The notes beneath the pieces are model-generated. The model had not been told where the DNA came from and ran no database searches. It saw only the letters and a list, made by a program, of their open reading frames with translations. From Phoronis australis (lineage: Eukaryota > Animalia > Phoronida), in contig NMRA01000624.1 of assembly GCA_002633005.1 (NCBI GenBank), positions 111,109 to 175,108 on the forward strand: a stretch of DNA of 64,000 bases. The letters are read 5' to 3'. Of this stretch, positions 1 through 14,070 are shown in pieces. The stretch's first letter is position 1; every line of letters begins with the position of its first letter. A program made the translations under genes and the position numbers.

Positions 1-2064
1 CACCATGCATTTTCCTAGTTTTTTAGGTTTCAGTGAGCTAATATGAAATAAATACCATGAACGCTAACTAAATAAGCACTTTGAATGCCAAATAGTTGCG
101 ATGTTTTTAATTTTGAAGAAAAATAAATTATTTAAATGTTTCCCAACAAATAATGAAATGGGTTGAAGATGTTTGATCACTTGACAATCAGTTGCAATGG
201 CGGAAGGTCAGAAGACGAAGACGAGTTGGAGCGATCAGTGGGCAATTCCTTTGCAGACAGAGAAGAGACTAAATACCGGCATCAAACTCAGGTACTTGAA
301 AAATAAGACAATAAATTCGATTTCCCACTTAGCGAACTTGAATCGGCTTTGAGACCGCATGAAATCGGCCCACTTGCCCAACAGATTCTGGAGACATATG
401 TGAGCTACAACCTATGTAACCCACAGGCCTCCTCAGCTTCTGATCGTCCCCAATACACTATATAATACCCTACAAGGTATGACACTCCGTCCTAGAAATT
501 CCACGGGTGCTTCACTTCAGCCGTCCATAGCAAACGCAAAACTCAACAACAAATTTTCAAAAAACAGAGGTTCAACACCATGAGAGGAGCTCCTATGTTC
601 CACTTTAACGATATTGCGAGCAACGTCTTGACAGCTGTGGATGCAGAGTAGGCTTTTTTGGAAACGAGCAGGCTGAGATTTAAAATCTTGTTTAGACGTG
701 CACCAACTTCAATTGATTATTTCTGAACTATCAGTAAGCGCTATTACTTGTAAATATACAAATGTAACTATATTCAGTAGTTTACCACAAAGAACTGAAT
801 TCAGACCTCAATATTGTCTCTGACTTGTTAAAAACTTTCCTTGTCAAAGAACTGGGGATCGTTCCACGAAAATGTGTAAGTTCAAAAACTGCGTTAAGTT
901 GAACTCTGGAGGCAGACGTTTCTTGACAATTAAAGACTAATCGGCTGCGGTCACCGGGTCATTAGAATAGCTGGTAACTCAATATTTTTAGAAAAACGCA
1001 TTGTTTTAGCACAATGAATTGAACTAGGTTTCCTTGAAAGTGGATCGCATGGAACAAAAACCGGAAACGTCGATGCCAGTGATGTTTAATATGAGCATTT
1101 GATGCAATGCATCAAAAGGATAAATATGCCAAATTTCCTTATCTGCGAGCTGAAACACAAAAAAGTGGCTCCTCATGAGACACGTGACTTCACGTCCAGT
1201 CAGCTTCTTTAAATTATCGAACTACACCAGGTTTGAGCAAAATGATTATGTCCTTTCAGAGTGCAAAATATTTTATATTTCCCCAGCTAGGCATCCCATT
1301 TTACGTATACACGTCACAGTTTCATTTGTTGTTACCACCGCTATTTCAGGCAGGTTAGACATCATAGGAAATTTCTTTCAGCGTTCTAGCTGTAGAACAC
1401 ACGTTACTATGACGCCTCTCTTTTACACTATTGGCTCGCTGTGCTCAAAGGCGGTATTTTGCTGTTGCTGTGGAAAAGCCTGTTAGCCTGCCGGCAAATA
1501 AACACGTGCTTTTATTTCCTTCCATCACAATGTGGTTAAGAAATAAGCTATCGTGGACTAAAACCGGTCTATTTTCTATTTAAGTGGACTCCGCAATTAA
1601 ATTCTTCATGAAACATTTTGTTATTGTCGTTCGTTCCCGAAGAAATACGATACATATTAGCCAAATACGATGTCATTATCAATCATACTAAGGGAAGTGT
1701 GTTTACTGTAATGTCGCATACACAATTGGTTTATGAGCGCCAACAAAAGATTGCAAGAACAATTAAACGATAAAAACTTGTTACCCGATCATTTAAAACT
1801 CCTTTCGTGTGGAGTTGAAACTGTAGGCTGAACATTTTTGACAGTACTATAAAACTACTCATGTTGAAAAATGGAAAGTGCATAGGGACACATCTGCCAA
1901 GTCGACGTGGCACATTTGATAGCATTTCATTCACACTATCCGAGAAAGAAGGCGTTAAGTGTGTCAACGGTTTTCCTCCGTGTGACAAATACCATGGAAA
2001 CTCATAAAATATTACGTAGCTTTCGTAAAATGCAACAATGGTACATTTCTCGCATGTGCATTGG

Positions 2065-2200
2065 ACGTAAATTGTAACAACTACTTAAAATGTAACAACT
2101 TGTTACATTTTAGGAGAGGCCTAGCAACGTAAAATGTAACAATGACATAAAATGTAACAATTGTTACATTTTACGAAATTGTTACATTTTACGGCGCATC
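2065..2200. repeat. Cluster of direct and inverted AAATGTAACAA / TTGTTACATTT motifs, probably a DNA transposon subterminal region
   Basis: About 7 copies in both orientations within 135 bp. Confidence 0.55.
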
Positions 2201-5200
2201 AGTGCCCCCCCCCCAAAAAAAAGTGGATACCTACAGTTTGTAACCTGATGAAGTCTGCTAATGTCACTATATATCGGGCCATGGATACCTCCATGCCTTT
2301 GAAGATATCTGTCGTCTTAGTTTCTTGGATTTTATTCAAAATAAGTACTTGTTACAACTACATGTACTACAAGAATCTAAAAGAATGTTTAACGAATTGC
2401 GATCACGCATATTCCTTAATTCTCAAATATGTCAACGTAATTTTCAAGATGTGTCAAATGTTCGTAAATGTGGTTCCTTGAATAGTTTTAACTATTTATT
2501 GTAAAATGTCCCGTCAATCAAATATATCGTGTCCATCTCTTTCATGCCCTTGGTTCACTTAATGACGCCACCTAACTTTAGCACACCTTACCTTAAAATC
2601 AACAAGATTCGTGTTTACTTTATGGTTCGCATCAACTTATGTATTTTAGGTCTGGATATTTAACTATAATGACCAATTAACTTTATACCGTAATATCAAA
2701 TTTAAAATTTAACTACTCAGTATTATTTTTTCTGTGTGTCTGTCTGTGTTTTTGAACAAGATCGCAGTATGTTGTTACATCTTAGAATTGCCTCTTGTAA
2801 TTTTGATATCTGTTAATAATTATCCTTTTTATATTTACTTGTTTGTATAAATAGTGTTATTGTTATTGTTATTGTGATTGTTAGCCCGCCTGTATGTAAT
2901 GTTATGGATTTGCAGGCAGTAATTGCGTCACTTTTTGTTTTTTTAATGTAGTCATCAGTTGTTTACCACCAAAATTCGTCACACGAACGTCACCAAAATA
3001 TGGCAGTCGTCGATTTTCCAAAGTTGTACATGCATTTATTTTGGATAGCTCTGACAGGTTAGTCTTTTATTATACAACTATATGTATATTCAGACTCAAG
3101 TGACACAAGCGGAATCGAGCATACTTTAGAAGAACCCTCTGTAAAATGGGTAAAACGTGGTACGCGATACAAACTGCTCAAGCATACGCAAAATTTACTT
3201 AGGAAACGGACTGTTGTTACGCGAGTACAGTAAATTTGAGACTTTGTCGACATAGTGTTGCAAAATGGCTGCCAAAAATGTCAACCTTTCCAATTTGTAT
3301 ATGTGCACCAGAAGCTGGGAACGTTTGGTATTGGTTTCTACAACACCATACCAGTACGGTGTGTTGAGTTTATGTATGAGTACTAGAGTGGACAATAGGA
3401 AAAATGTCTGTAAGTCCGGCTAAGGATTTTGACTATCACTTACACCTGATAGCACAGCGGTAAATAATTTGCATAAATAAGACAAGTAATGAGTGTCTAT
3501 TCTGCCTCCATCTGAAGAGGTCTTAAACAATTTTAGTAAAATTGTCTGTGTTTTTCTAGTCATTCATCTTTCAAAAATGTCATAACTTTTTGTGTTGTAA
3601 ATAATTTATTATTTAATGTTAATGTAAAGCAAATTCTGATTAATTAAATATAAACTATTTTATTCAAATACAATTTTCAAGTTCTCTTTTTCTACTAATG
3701 TACATGTACTGTAAATGCGAGCCCGCGTTTGCAGACGTTTCATTGGCTAACCGTTGCGGCCAATTTTGCAAATTTTCGGATTCGCCGAAATAAGTTTCTG
3801 CCACTGCACAACACGTGAAAAAGCGTCAAAAACAGAAATGGTTCTACTAATTCTTAAGCATTCAACTTACCAAACTTTGTGGTGGACAAATATATTTATC
3901 TTTTGCGTAAGATGTCATTATTACATGTACAAAATATCCACGACAATATCCCTGATCACACAGCGGCACTGCCGGTCGGTCTCGTTGTTAGTGCGCAAGC
4001 GGTTCAATGATTTGACGTGTATCTCGTTCTTATCGCGTAAGACAGTCAAAGTGATAATGGCAACCCAATTAATTGCCAACCGACGGCCACGTCTTTACTT
4101 TCAGTTGCCAAGAACTTCTCAAACCCCTTTACTTGTTTTTGATTTTTTTCTTTCACACGTTGTTGCCAACATAAAGTGTTCGCCTACTACAGCGATTCAA
4201 GTGCGTGAACTCACGCGTGCGCACCACTTCAAAGCTGCTCATCAAAAGAGAAGAGCGACAGTCCAAAATGAAAGAGTTTACCGGCTTGGCTCTGTTGATC
4301 ACCTGGGTGCCAGTGGTTTATTTGAAAATGAACTCATAGATATTTGGGATCGACATAACCCAGAATTGATATTTTCCTGTTCGGATGTTTGCCGAGGTCG
4401 ATTTTCTCTAAACCTTATATTCTATGCTCGTAGTCAGGTATTGCAACAAAATGGGTACTAGATGCAAAATTCTGGTTAGCGAAGTTTTTATTCTTCTCTT
4501 CAAACACCCNGTCGCCGTAAAATGTTCAGGCTCCAACAGAAACAATCTTGTTCCGGCTGAAACGGGCAATTGAAAAAATATTCCGGGTGGCTAAAAAGGG
4601 TACAGTGTAGGTGGTAACGATATCCAGAAAGTAACACCTACTAGATGGAGTTTGCCTCACGACATCGTATTATTATAACGTTTCTTGCCATTGCAGTCTT
4701 TTAATATCTTATCATCGCAAACACTCGATCAGGTTATTGATTATGCTCACGCACAAGCCTACTCCCTACCGTTGAAGTGTTTCATAGTAAGCACTTACTA
4801 AGCTACTAAGCGTTCCCCCTCAACTTGTGAGAATTTCCAATTAAGCGCCCACAGTTCAGGCTAGCCTCGATCATTGCGCACTACAAACTACCGCGCGTGG
4901 TTTAAAACTAACACGCAGCCTATACGTTGTGTCACTCTCATTTTACCGGGGAGTTGCTCGTGCCCAAATTTGGCGAATTGGGCAAAAAGGTCGCCCCAGT
5001 GAAATAAGTGAACGAGACAAAAGTCCACAAAGTCCACAGGAATCCGGCGCGGATTCACGGTTGGCAGACCTGAATCTAGTGGCCCCGTTTTTTTTCGTCC
5101 TCCTTGATTTTTTCAGTAAAATGTCCACATATCGAAGAATTCGACCCCCCTATATTTTAGGCTGAGTGCGCGCATAATCACACAATAAATTAAAGTTTTC

Positions 5201-5939
5201 AAAAAACGTCTTTTCTCAATAAGTAAAACCAAATCCCAGGTTCGTTTTATACCTCCGAAAGAAAGTTAACACTAGTGACATGCTTATCGTTTTGTGACTG
5301 ACCTTATTTTCTGTACGTAGAAGGAGCCATTACCCGATGGAAACCCGCACGGAGGGAGTCGGTAATTATTTTGAGGCTATTGATTTCATGGAAAACAAAT
5401 TGTTGAGTACATAAAAAGCACAAGTCCCACTTTCTTGATGTGAAATTTGCACTGGACTGTTCCCTCGCATCCAAATACGACATTCGGTTAGTGCATTGTT
5501 TCACGGATTTTTTTCGTCAGATGTTTTTCAAACGTCGAGTTAAGTGGCAAAATTTGGGCTGGGAACAAAAAGTGGAGAGAAGTTGCACCCCGAGTTAGTT
5601 TGGACCTTTAATGACTTTGACGAAAGCCAGTAGCAGACCAGACCTAGCAAAATACTTTTTCAACGGCCATTTTCTCCCATTTTACATTACTAACTTAGCT
5701 ACTCGAATGCAAGTGTCAGTTAGAAAGCACTGATTCAACTTTCACGTCGTCATCTTGCTTTGCGCTCTAGAGCCTTTCAATAGCTGTCGTGAAGTACAGT
5801 AACGCCGTACCTAAATGAACGAATTCAATTTTGCGATCGATCTGAAATGTGTGAATATTTAACGCTGCAGGTAAGAGCATAATCTAAACTTTTTTATCGA
5901 TAATCTAAAAATCAATTTTGGCGGGGAAAATGGAGAGAA

Positions 5940-6049
5940 AATTTTGCGACCTGGCATTTATGAATGCGAGTTGGATTTTGAAAATGCGACCTGGAATTTT
6001 GGTTAGTTCGCAAAATGCGACCTGGCGATTTTGATAGCGTCGAGCCCTG
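5940..6049. mobile_element. hAT-like transposon terminus (single end)
   Basis: Ends ...gcgtcgagccctg (reverse complement CAGGGCTCGACGC), with three subterminal tgcgacctgg repeats. The partner end was not found. Confidence 0.4.
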
Positions 6050-6072
6050 ATTGGTATTAGATTTGATCGCAG

Positions 6073-6332
6073 GTGAAGTTGTCTTTCATTCCGCTCATAA
6101 AGCTTACGACGATGACGTCTGCTCGATTACTCGTAGTGTGGGGTGTCCCAATGACAACTTGAACCCTCAGCGTTTCACATTTGGGCCTGCCGTCGCCGTA
6201 AAGCTGGCAAAAGTCTATCCTCCCTCTAAAGTTGCTTCTGTGATGAACACCGCGGCATCCTGCAGATGCACGATTGAACACACGTACATGTATAACGCTC
6301 AAATCTTAATTAGTCCAGTTATACCAGTTTAA
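6073..6332 (+). other. Possible exon or exon relic, paralogous to 15584-15780
   Basis: Follows acceptor-like gatttgatcgcag|. It shares acgatgac, tcccaatgaca, gattgaacacacg and tataacgc with 15584-15800 and is open to a stop at 6332. The reading frame is not conserved between the two copies. Confidence 0.3.
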
Positions 6333-8247
6333 ATTTAAACTATGCTTATTAATTCGATAGATTATGTTCATTTTGACCCGACGAGTCCATTTTCACTTCT
6401 TGAGTCCACTTTAAGTCACAAAAACAATGTTAAGTCACTTTTGAACCACATATAGGCGTTTCAGTAAGGAGTATTTCGCAAGGTGTTTTGCACTTAACTG
6501 GCAGTTTGCTCCAATGGCACATTTTTTTCTATATCATTTTTCGGACCACCGCGCAATCAACTAGTGTGTTTTCCATCACTTAGCCACTGTAGATACAATA
6601 GAAACCAGGTGTCACTCTCTCTGGAGATTTTTGCACTATACGCACAAATCGTGGAATAGTGTCATATGTAAGAAATCAGGCATTTGCATGTAGGTTCAGT
6701 ATGATCACCAATCCGAAACTAGGTCCCAAGCTGGTCGCACATAGAACGGGAGATTGGCAGGTTTAATGTTCACTTTGCTTTTTGTTGTAATGAAAATAAT
6801 TGCAAGCTTTTATAATACATGTAACCAGCTGATGTGTGCTGAATGTAATGTACCCATGTAACCTGTGTTAGTGTATCTAACCGAGATGCAACAAGGAAAA
6901 CAATGGTCGTGTCCCAAATGCGATATCAATCCGAAGAGCTTTCACCCACCGCAAGGATGTCGCAAGTAAAGCGATACCTGGTGGCCTCCACGCGACATCA
7001 TTCGGCTATTAAAGTTCTGAAAGGTTAATTCACAGCTACGTGAACAAATACTGTCTGCTCGTTATGTGGACGGTCATGAGATGGCTTGAAACTATGCCGT
7101 GTGCATCATTTTGCATGCTCAGTTGAGAGCGATTCATACATGTACAAGATTTGCCAGGACATATATGTCAGGCAATGGCGACTAATGTTCAATACTATTT
7201 TAGGTTTCTAAGCAACATGATATTAAAGTTGAACTTGAATGTTTTTACATATAGTTTTCGGAATAAGAAAATACAGTGACTACTAGCTGTAATTAATTTT
7301 ATGGTTACATATTTCGCTTCAGTTGCTGCAACAATACCTACAAGTAAGTAAAAAGAATTTACTCTTATTGTGATCGAAATTGTAACATCCCACGGATGTT
7401 TCCTTGCATAGCAGTTACTTGGTTTATTATTAACCGATACGTTTGCCAAATATGTTGCTGACTGCCATATATGATTTTTGCTACATTATTCCTTGAAAGT
7501 TTGTACACCACAAGTGGCATTTCTCATCTGATTGGCCTGAATATTACAAAACCATTTATGTTGAACGTTTTTCGAGACCTCCTGGTTTTTATTAAAATCT
7601 ATTGCAAAATTATGATTCGGTGGTTATTTTTCTCTCAGTTGAAACAAAACTTCAAAAACATCTGAGTGAATGTGCACCAGTCTCCTCAGTGATCATACGA
7701 GGTATGATATCCGTTTCTCACTACAGTGTACACTTGTCATTCTTGTGATAGTCGAGATATCGCGGTGGATTTTCATTTATTGACTGGTTCCTTGATTTAT
7801 GGTCGTTGTATTTCCAATGACCGTACAAAGACGTTTTAAACGATTTCTGCCATCAGCGAATCACGTTTTTGCATCTAAAGACTGGTATATTAAAGTACAT
7901 GTTGTACGCTCTGCGCACTCACGTATTGTACAGATAACATGAGATTTCTGTGCTGGTCCAATGGGTCACTTTTAAGGTACTGTTGTCCATTCTGATCCAT
8001 TGTATCCATTTTTATTCACATTGGCTTTATTTCTCACACTTTCCAAAACCGTATTCATCGTTGGCGTTGTCATTTCCATATGTGTGTATGATTGTTGTAT
8101 TCGGTAGATTATGTCCACTTTGATCCTTTTTGTCCTTCAGAGAAGGCGGTGCTAAGACGAGCTCGAGACTACCATAACTTCATACGAGTTTTCCCTGAAT
8201 TCATAATTTATGTGATCCCATAGTGCTCAACTGATGACGTTTTACAG

Positions 8248-8388
8248 CACCCCGTCTGTGTAAGGATGTAATCGAAAACTGTGATGCTTTCGCGCGCCTC
8301 AGCCACTGGTGCACGGCGTATAAAAGTTTGGCAAGTAAATACTGCGAAGCTTATTGCGGCTTTTGTACAGGACAGTCAACAAGGACAG
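8248..8388 (+). CDS. ShKT-domain exon 1 (internal exon, phase 1-1)
   Basis: Acceptor tttacag|CA and donor ACAG|gtaagt bound a 141-nt exon. It translates as (A)PRLCKDVIENCDAFARLSHWCTAYKSLASKYCEAYCGFCTGQSTRT, with the ShKT pattern CxDxxxxC...C...CxxxCGFC. It is missing from the ORF track. Confidence 0.88.
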
Positions 8389-8573
8389 GTAAGTGTGAGG
8401 ACATCAACTGTGTCGTGAATTGAAACGGAATCTTGAATAGCCTGGTAACCTATACGATTAGAAACGATGACCAAGTTAGTATTAACCTCAGGTTTGGCCA
8501 ACTTCTCAAACCAAGCACGTGTTTAGGCCTCTGTGCCAATATCCGAAATCAAGCGTTTTTATGAAAACTAATT

Positions 8574-9330
8574 GTTACTTGGCAAATTAAATTTTAGCCA
8601 AGTATATTGTTCTGACACTACGTTTGTTTCTTTTTTGTATGTTCGCACTCCACAGGTCGCATTTTTCGTTCTATTTTCACGAAGTTTTCACACCACCTGT
8701 AGTCTCAATTCCTCTTGTGTTTTTGGTCATGATCGGAATCAAAATGGCGGACGGGGCGGCCATTTTGCTTTCGAATTCAGATTCAAGTGCTCATAGAAGA
8801 CGCAATTTGTGGCGTAAACAAATGTTAGTCGAAGGTCATTGCTGCAGACATTTACTTCAAATTTACTGAAAATCGTTCACTTCCGGTTAAAGGTGGCGGA
8901 AGTATCGGCCATTGCGAATGCGCACCTCAATTTCGAGGTGAAAACGCTTTGTCTTGAGAGTGCGTTTTGTAGGTAGAATTGCATCGAAATTTTTCAGGTT
9001 TTAGTTTCTTGTAAGTGGCTATTGTGAAATGTAAGTGACCGAAAGTTGCTTTCAAGATGGCAGATCTGGCGCATTTCACCCATTTTCAGTCGTGTTGAGC
9101 TGCCATATTGAACGGGAAGAGAAAATGACGTGAATTTTTGCATGTGAATTCTCTGAGGTATGATGCTCTTTCAAATGGCCTGTGACTGTGACCAGCAAGT
9201 GCACTGTCACATTACAGTGTGTGTAGTTCAAAGATTCACTAAAAGGAGTGTCATCCAACAAGTGGAGAGTCCTTCAGCTTGGATAGCAGATATATTATTT
9301 CGGTTGATTGACTGGGCGCCAGCGTAGTTT
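8574..9330 (-). mobile_element. Probable Helentron-like non-autonomous element in the intron after ShKT exon 1
   Basis: Starts with the hairpin tacttggc-aaattaaatttta-gccaagta exactly where homology to the other units breaks off, and contains aa(a/g)atggc motifs. The right boundary is a guess. Confidence 0.35.
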
Positions 9331-11413
9331 CTCTTCTTTGTATTTGATTTGTTAATGAACAACATGTTTAACTTGTCTAATTAGTGATTGTCATATAATA
9401 AATTAATTACTGTATTTACTCATTCTCTATCCCTTACGTTAAATTGTCGTGAGAGACCTCCGGAGTTGGTATATGATGCAACTCCGGACGGTCTGGGGTC
9501 AACAGAAAACCACAGTTCAACTGCGAGTCTACACCAATGTAACAAACGAGAGTAGTTCTACTTGCTACGTCAGCTGCAGGTATGCTTTTCTCTTTTATGA
9601 CATACAATTTGTGAGTGGGCAAAGCGTTTTCAAAATAATGTGGATAAATCAGCGGAGTGTGAGACCCCTGAGGTTCCTGTCAACTCCTCACGACAATTCT
9701 ACGTTATGCATCTACGCACAATCTTAAAGCATAGCTACATGTATCTTTTAAACAAACCCACCGTCAATTTCTGACATTCATCAAGGCCACTATCATCATC
9801 GTCATCATCATCCCCATTAAGGTTGTTTCAGTTAATTTCGCCAGGTTTCGCTCCTCCGAGCGCTTTCATTTGAGTGTTGTTCTACGTTTCACTCGTATGT
9901 GCATTCTGGTGTCATTTGTACAGGAGCACTCTCAGTTGAGGATGCAGGGCGATTGAATGTCCATGTACAGCGGTAGTATTTACATGTACGACTGGGGAGC
10001 GATCTTCCTAAATGATATTTCAAATGAGATTTCTTGTACTTCTTGACTCACTTGTGCAGCAATTGTACTGTACTGTAACTAGTACTAAGGATCTGTAACA
10101 AGCAACATTCCAATACAGTGACGATCTGATACAAACTTAACGTATCTCTATAAATAAGTGAGCACATTAGTAACTGAATCGAACCTGAATACTGTATAAA
10201 TTTTGAAAACGATTGTTTGACATCAATCATTTATTCAAAATTCCCAGTGAAGTCTGTGAGACCGAGATCTTCAACTCAGTCATATGTTATGAACAGGAAC
10301 CATGTAAACTTGTGTCCTAATAGCATATCAGACGAATATATTTCTATTCTTTTATTATTGGTATGGAAAATGGTATTCGAGAAAAACATTCCTTGGTAGC
10401 TATTGTAAGGTACATTAACTTTTTATTCGACGATAATAAAATTTAACAGAGAGATATTCAACATTTGCCTGACAAACGGTAAAGTCCAAATACATATTAC
10501 CATGGATAAAGATGTAAAGGAGATGCAGTAGAGACGGATCGACCAGTGCACGTTAGTTTGCAGAAGAGGGTCAAAACGACATTCAATAATTATATGTACA
10601 TGTATCGTTTGTACTGTGTCCTGAATTTGTCTACTTCAGAAGTTGGATTGGTTGATGAAAAATACTGCTTCACATCTCCATTTTTTCACCTTCACCGCTG
10701 TCGTCGTTGTGTATCATTCTAACTCGGGAGATGACCTATCCCTTGCGGGTATATTTTTACCACCTTCACAGCATTGCCTCAACTACTTTTACCGTAGGAT
10801 AGGCCTACAGTGTTTCGCATAATTAGTTTTCATCATAATGCGTCTTAGTCGTTGTTGTCGTAAGCTGAACATTTTTCTAGAGCCCCGGTTAACCTGGTGT
10901 TGTTCGTGTCCTCTAAGAACGACAATGTTCAAAGTTCAGATGTGTTTCCTTTATATCACTTAAATCAATCATTTACATAGGGTCCTTAATATGGATAGCT
11001 TTAACTGCTTTACAAGTGACATTTGGTTTAGTTGTTCTTGTTACTTGTGGCCATGCTTGTGGTGGTTGGATATTATCCTTGAGAATGGTGAAGTGAGTTT
11101 TATCGAAACTTTGGCATGCATAACATCAATAAATGTTAACAAAGATTGGGCTAAAATTCTTATTTTAGTTATCGGATTTAGAATATACAGTACCGACCAG
11201 ATGCAATTCACTACCCGGATACATATATTACAATAACATTCAAAACAATAATAATGAAAATTTTGGTTACACTTCTTAAGGAATCAAACATCGCAACTTG
11301 TTCTTTCAATACACCCGAGAAGGTGAAGCTGAGGTAAGCTCTTGGCTATCGCGAGTTTTCATTGGATTAACAGTAAATTTTATCATGAAGCGATTATTTG
11401 ATGATCTTTGCAG

Positions 11414-11557
11414 CACCCCAACCGTGTGTGAATAAAGAAAACAAATGTGCTGCTCTCGTCGGAAGCGACAACGACTTCTGCGTGATGCATCAACCTTGGG
11501 CAAGAGAAAGGTGCGAAGCTTCCTGCGGCTTTTGCGTAGACCTGTCAACAACTTCAG
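11414..11557 (+). CDS. ShKT-domain exon 2 (phase 1-1)
   Basis: tttgcag|CA ... TCAG|gtacgt, 144 nt. Translates as (A)PQPCVNKENKCAALVGSDNDFCVMHQPWARERCEASCGFCVDLSTTS, with six Cys. Lies inside ORF 11398..11724. Confidence 0.88.
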
Positions 11558-12575
11558 GTACGTGTGAGGAGATCACCTACGTTTTGAATGGAAACGGAAT
11601 CTTGATTCCTCTGGTAATTTTCACGGACGGAAACCGCAGCCATAGCCAGATTTCCCAAATGTGCACGTATTTACGACCGCGTGCCAATATCCGTAATCAA
11701 GCGTTTTCTTTATTATATGAGTGATTCACGATGAGGGGCATGGTGGCAAATTTTACTAGTTTGTGAATGTCGGTGTCCTTTATAGATGCGTATTCCTTGT
11801 TGACGCTGGAGGACCATCCAGTGTCCGTGGAAATATGGGACTTAATAGCGATTTTCCTAAACGACATCTCAGATGAGATATTCCATCCCGCTTGTCTCAC
11901 GTGCGCACTAATTTGTAACTACCTAAGAGGTTACAGGCAACAGTCCTGTTCAGTGACGATTTCTTGCCAGTTTAATATTTCATATTCGTGAAAGATAAAC
12001 AAATTCGTATATTATCAACTGAATCGGCCATGAATAGAGTAAAATTTTGGAAAAATTTTCAACTGGAAATGACTGTGCTTAGAATTAAGTTACGTCGAAA
12101 GCTTGGGTATATGCACTTGACCTAAGTTCTTTTCTGAATCCGTTTTGCAAGACTGCTGTAACTGACAACCAATATTCCAGAAGTCCGTTCAAAATTTCAT
12201 GTCTGTTGATTTTTAGCTCTTCGTTTTCCTTTGAGCGTCTATTGGCTCCATCGGCCGTTTTGCTTGCATAGTCTATCGACTGCGCTACCGTCATCAACTC
12301 GCTTCTAATTAAGTCCAGCTTGATCCTGAACGTCGCAAGCCACGAGGGTTCGGTGGTCGGGAATTTTGCAAACAAATTCAGAAAGCGACGTACAACTCTT
12401 TTCGCTGTTACCCCCACATACATTTTCTAACGCCAGGGTCATACTTCTAGTTTGTCGGGCCTACATTTGAGTTCGTAACAAGGGAAACTGGTCAGGAGCA
12501 CTGCGAGCAACGATCTTACTGTCTCGCCATTTTAACCGGAAGTCCGACCTTACGACAATCTTTGTTCAAAATCAG

Positions 12576-12725
12576 GCGTGCGTTCAGTAACGCGAGGACC
12601 TACGCTAGGACCTAGCTGAGATCTAGACAGAGTCACGTGTTTCTATTAAAAATATACGGCAATATCTCGCGTAATCTCGCGAAGTCTTGCTTTTTAGCGA
12701 GGTCCTAGCGTTACTGAACAGGAGG
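12576..12725. mobile_element. 150-bp PIF/Harbinger-type MITE
   Basis: Inverted repeats gttcagtaacgcgaggacct / aggtcctagcgttactgaac, flanked by CAG at 12573-12575 and 12726-12728 (CWG-type 3-bp TSD). Confidence 0.7.
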
Positions 12726-12747
12726 CAGATTTCAACCAGAAAGAAAA

Positions 12748-12775
12748 GCAGTCAGTCAGTCAGTCAGTCAGTCAG
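12748..12775. repeat. (CAGT)n microsatellite
   Basis: gcagtcagtcagtcagtcagtcagtcag, next to the 3' end of the Penelope element. Confidence 0.95.
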
Positions 12776-12809
12776 GGTACTATGAGTGTAGTAATTTGGT
12801 AGCACTGCC

Positions 12810-14070
12810 ATCAATAATTTTATACATAGTACATATTTGTGTGTGTATATTTGGGCAGCAGACCTTCTTTTATACATGTTTCATTGAAAAGTAAGCTGTT
12901 CTTAGCCTTAGATAGTTCGTTCAACAAACTTTCGTATTGTCTATATAAATGTCTTTCTTCAGATGGCAGTTGAAATAGTAGATCACCGAGTGTGAGTGGC
13001 ATCACAAACCCAAACGCATGAGTATATATGAAATAAAACGCCATGCAAAACATTTCATAGTAAAACAGTTGCTGTACAGTGTACTGCGACTAGAATTCAG
13101 TCATCCAATTCAAATAAATTTATAATAATATATATTGTGTATGATAGGTGAAACAAGAACAATGACATTAAACACGAATATAAGGTAGCATATATAATAA
13201 GAGCGCATATACAGAAGGAATTGTCATGGAAATTAGTGTACTATAAAACGTGTAAAATTTTAAAAAGTACATGCAGATGTCGCAACATATGGACATTATT
13301 TATATAACGACAAGGTGCAATGGAACCCCGTATCTTGGAAATTTATGTCAGGAGTTTCAGTTTTTATTATTGAAGCTTCAAGAATTTTCAAACGAAAGGA
13401 TTTTGTCAACAATTTCAGGACGGGAAATTTTCTGTTTGTGGAGTGTTTGAACGAGATCTTTGATGGATCCATTTCGTAAATGTATTGATAACCGGCGAGA
13501 TAAAGTGCAAGTTGTATGACCAACATACCTTGAGCAATCAGTGTTTGAACTAATACATTCATTGTGTAGGCAATTGAACTGATAAGTCAAGTCAGTTTTG
13601 GCTAATATTCGGACAGACTTTGTGCACATATTTTTTTAACCACAAGATCTTTAGTTTTACGGTTTTTGTAATGAATAATTAACGAAAGGCTATCTTCTGG
13701 CTTAACGGTCTTCACATTATTATGTATATTCCGTTTTAAAACTATTTCATCTTCAATATAACGTGAATAGAATTGGTTGCGGCAGAATAGTTTCTTGGTA
13801 AAGCCAACTATTTGTTTTAAACGCACGGGTTTCTGAAAATTGCTTCTAAAAAGCTTCATATTCTCATCAACAAACTAATTACTGTAACCGTTATTTATCA
13901 TAATTTGCTTGATGCGCTTTCACTCAGTTTTAAAGATTTCCCAATCTGAACAAGCAGAATATGCTCTTTTCATTGGCTGGTTTCATGTAAACAAACCCCA
14001 TCAAAAGTTGGTTTCTTATATACAGAGGTTTGAATGGCAGATTCATCATAATGAACCAATAGCGTCTAAG
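12810..14070 (-). mobile_element. 5'-truncated, decayed Penelope-like retroelement (RT thumb, GIY-YIG endonuclease, pseudo-LTR)
   Basis: Minus-strand peptides RAYSACSDWEIFKTE..RIKQIMINNGYS, YQFNC..C..RYVGHTTCTLSRRLSIH and RLKILEASIIKTETPDINFQ. These are followed downstream by an N-terminal-type piece (NSLLFNETCIKEGLLPKYT), as in Penelope partial tandems. Stops and frameshifts are present. Confidence 0.88.

Noticed and set aside
230-510. Possible Gypsy pol C-terminus (R-Y-x-LRPR-like ending near 475-500)
   Set aside because: Frameshifted and short, with no LTR or polypurine tract identified.
3754-4461. Longest ORF in the track (235 aa)
   Set aside because: Non-ATG start, no recognisable domain, and located in repeat-like sequence; probably a chance ORF.
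12085-12530. Minus-strand coiled-coil-like peptide, possibly a LINE ORF1 fragment
   Set aside because: No diagnostic motif and no adjoining ORF2; too weak to call.
13060-13120. Possible hammerhead ribozyme in the Penelope pseudo-LTR (minus strand ggatgactgaattctagtcgcag)
   Set aside because: The CTGANGA and GAAA core motifs are not intact.
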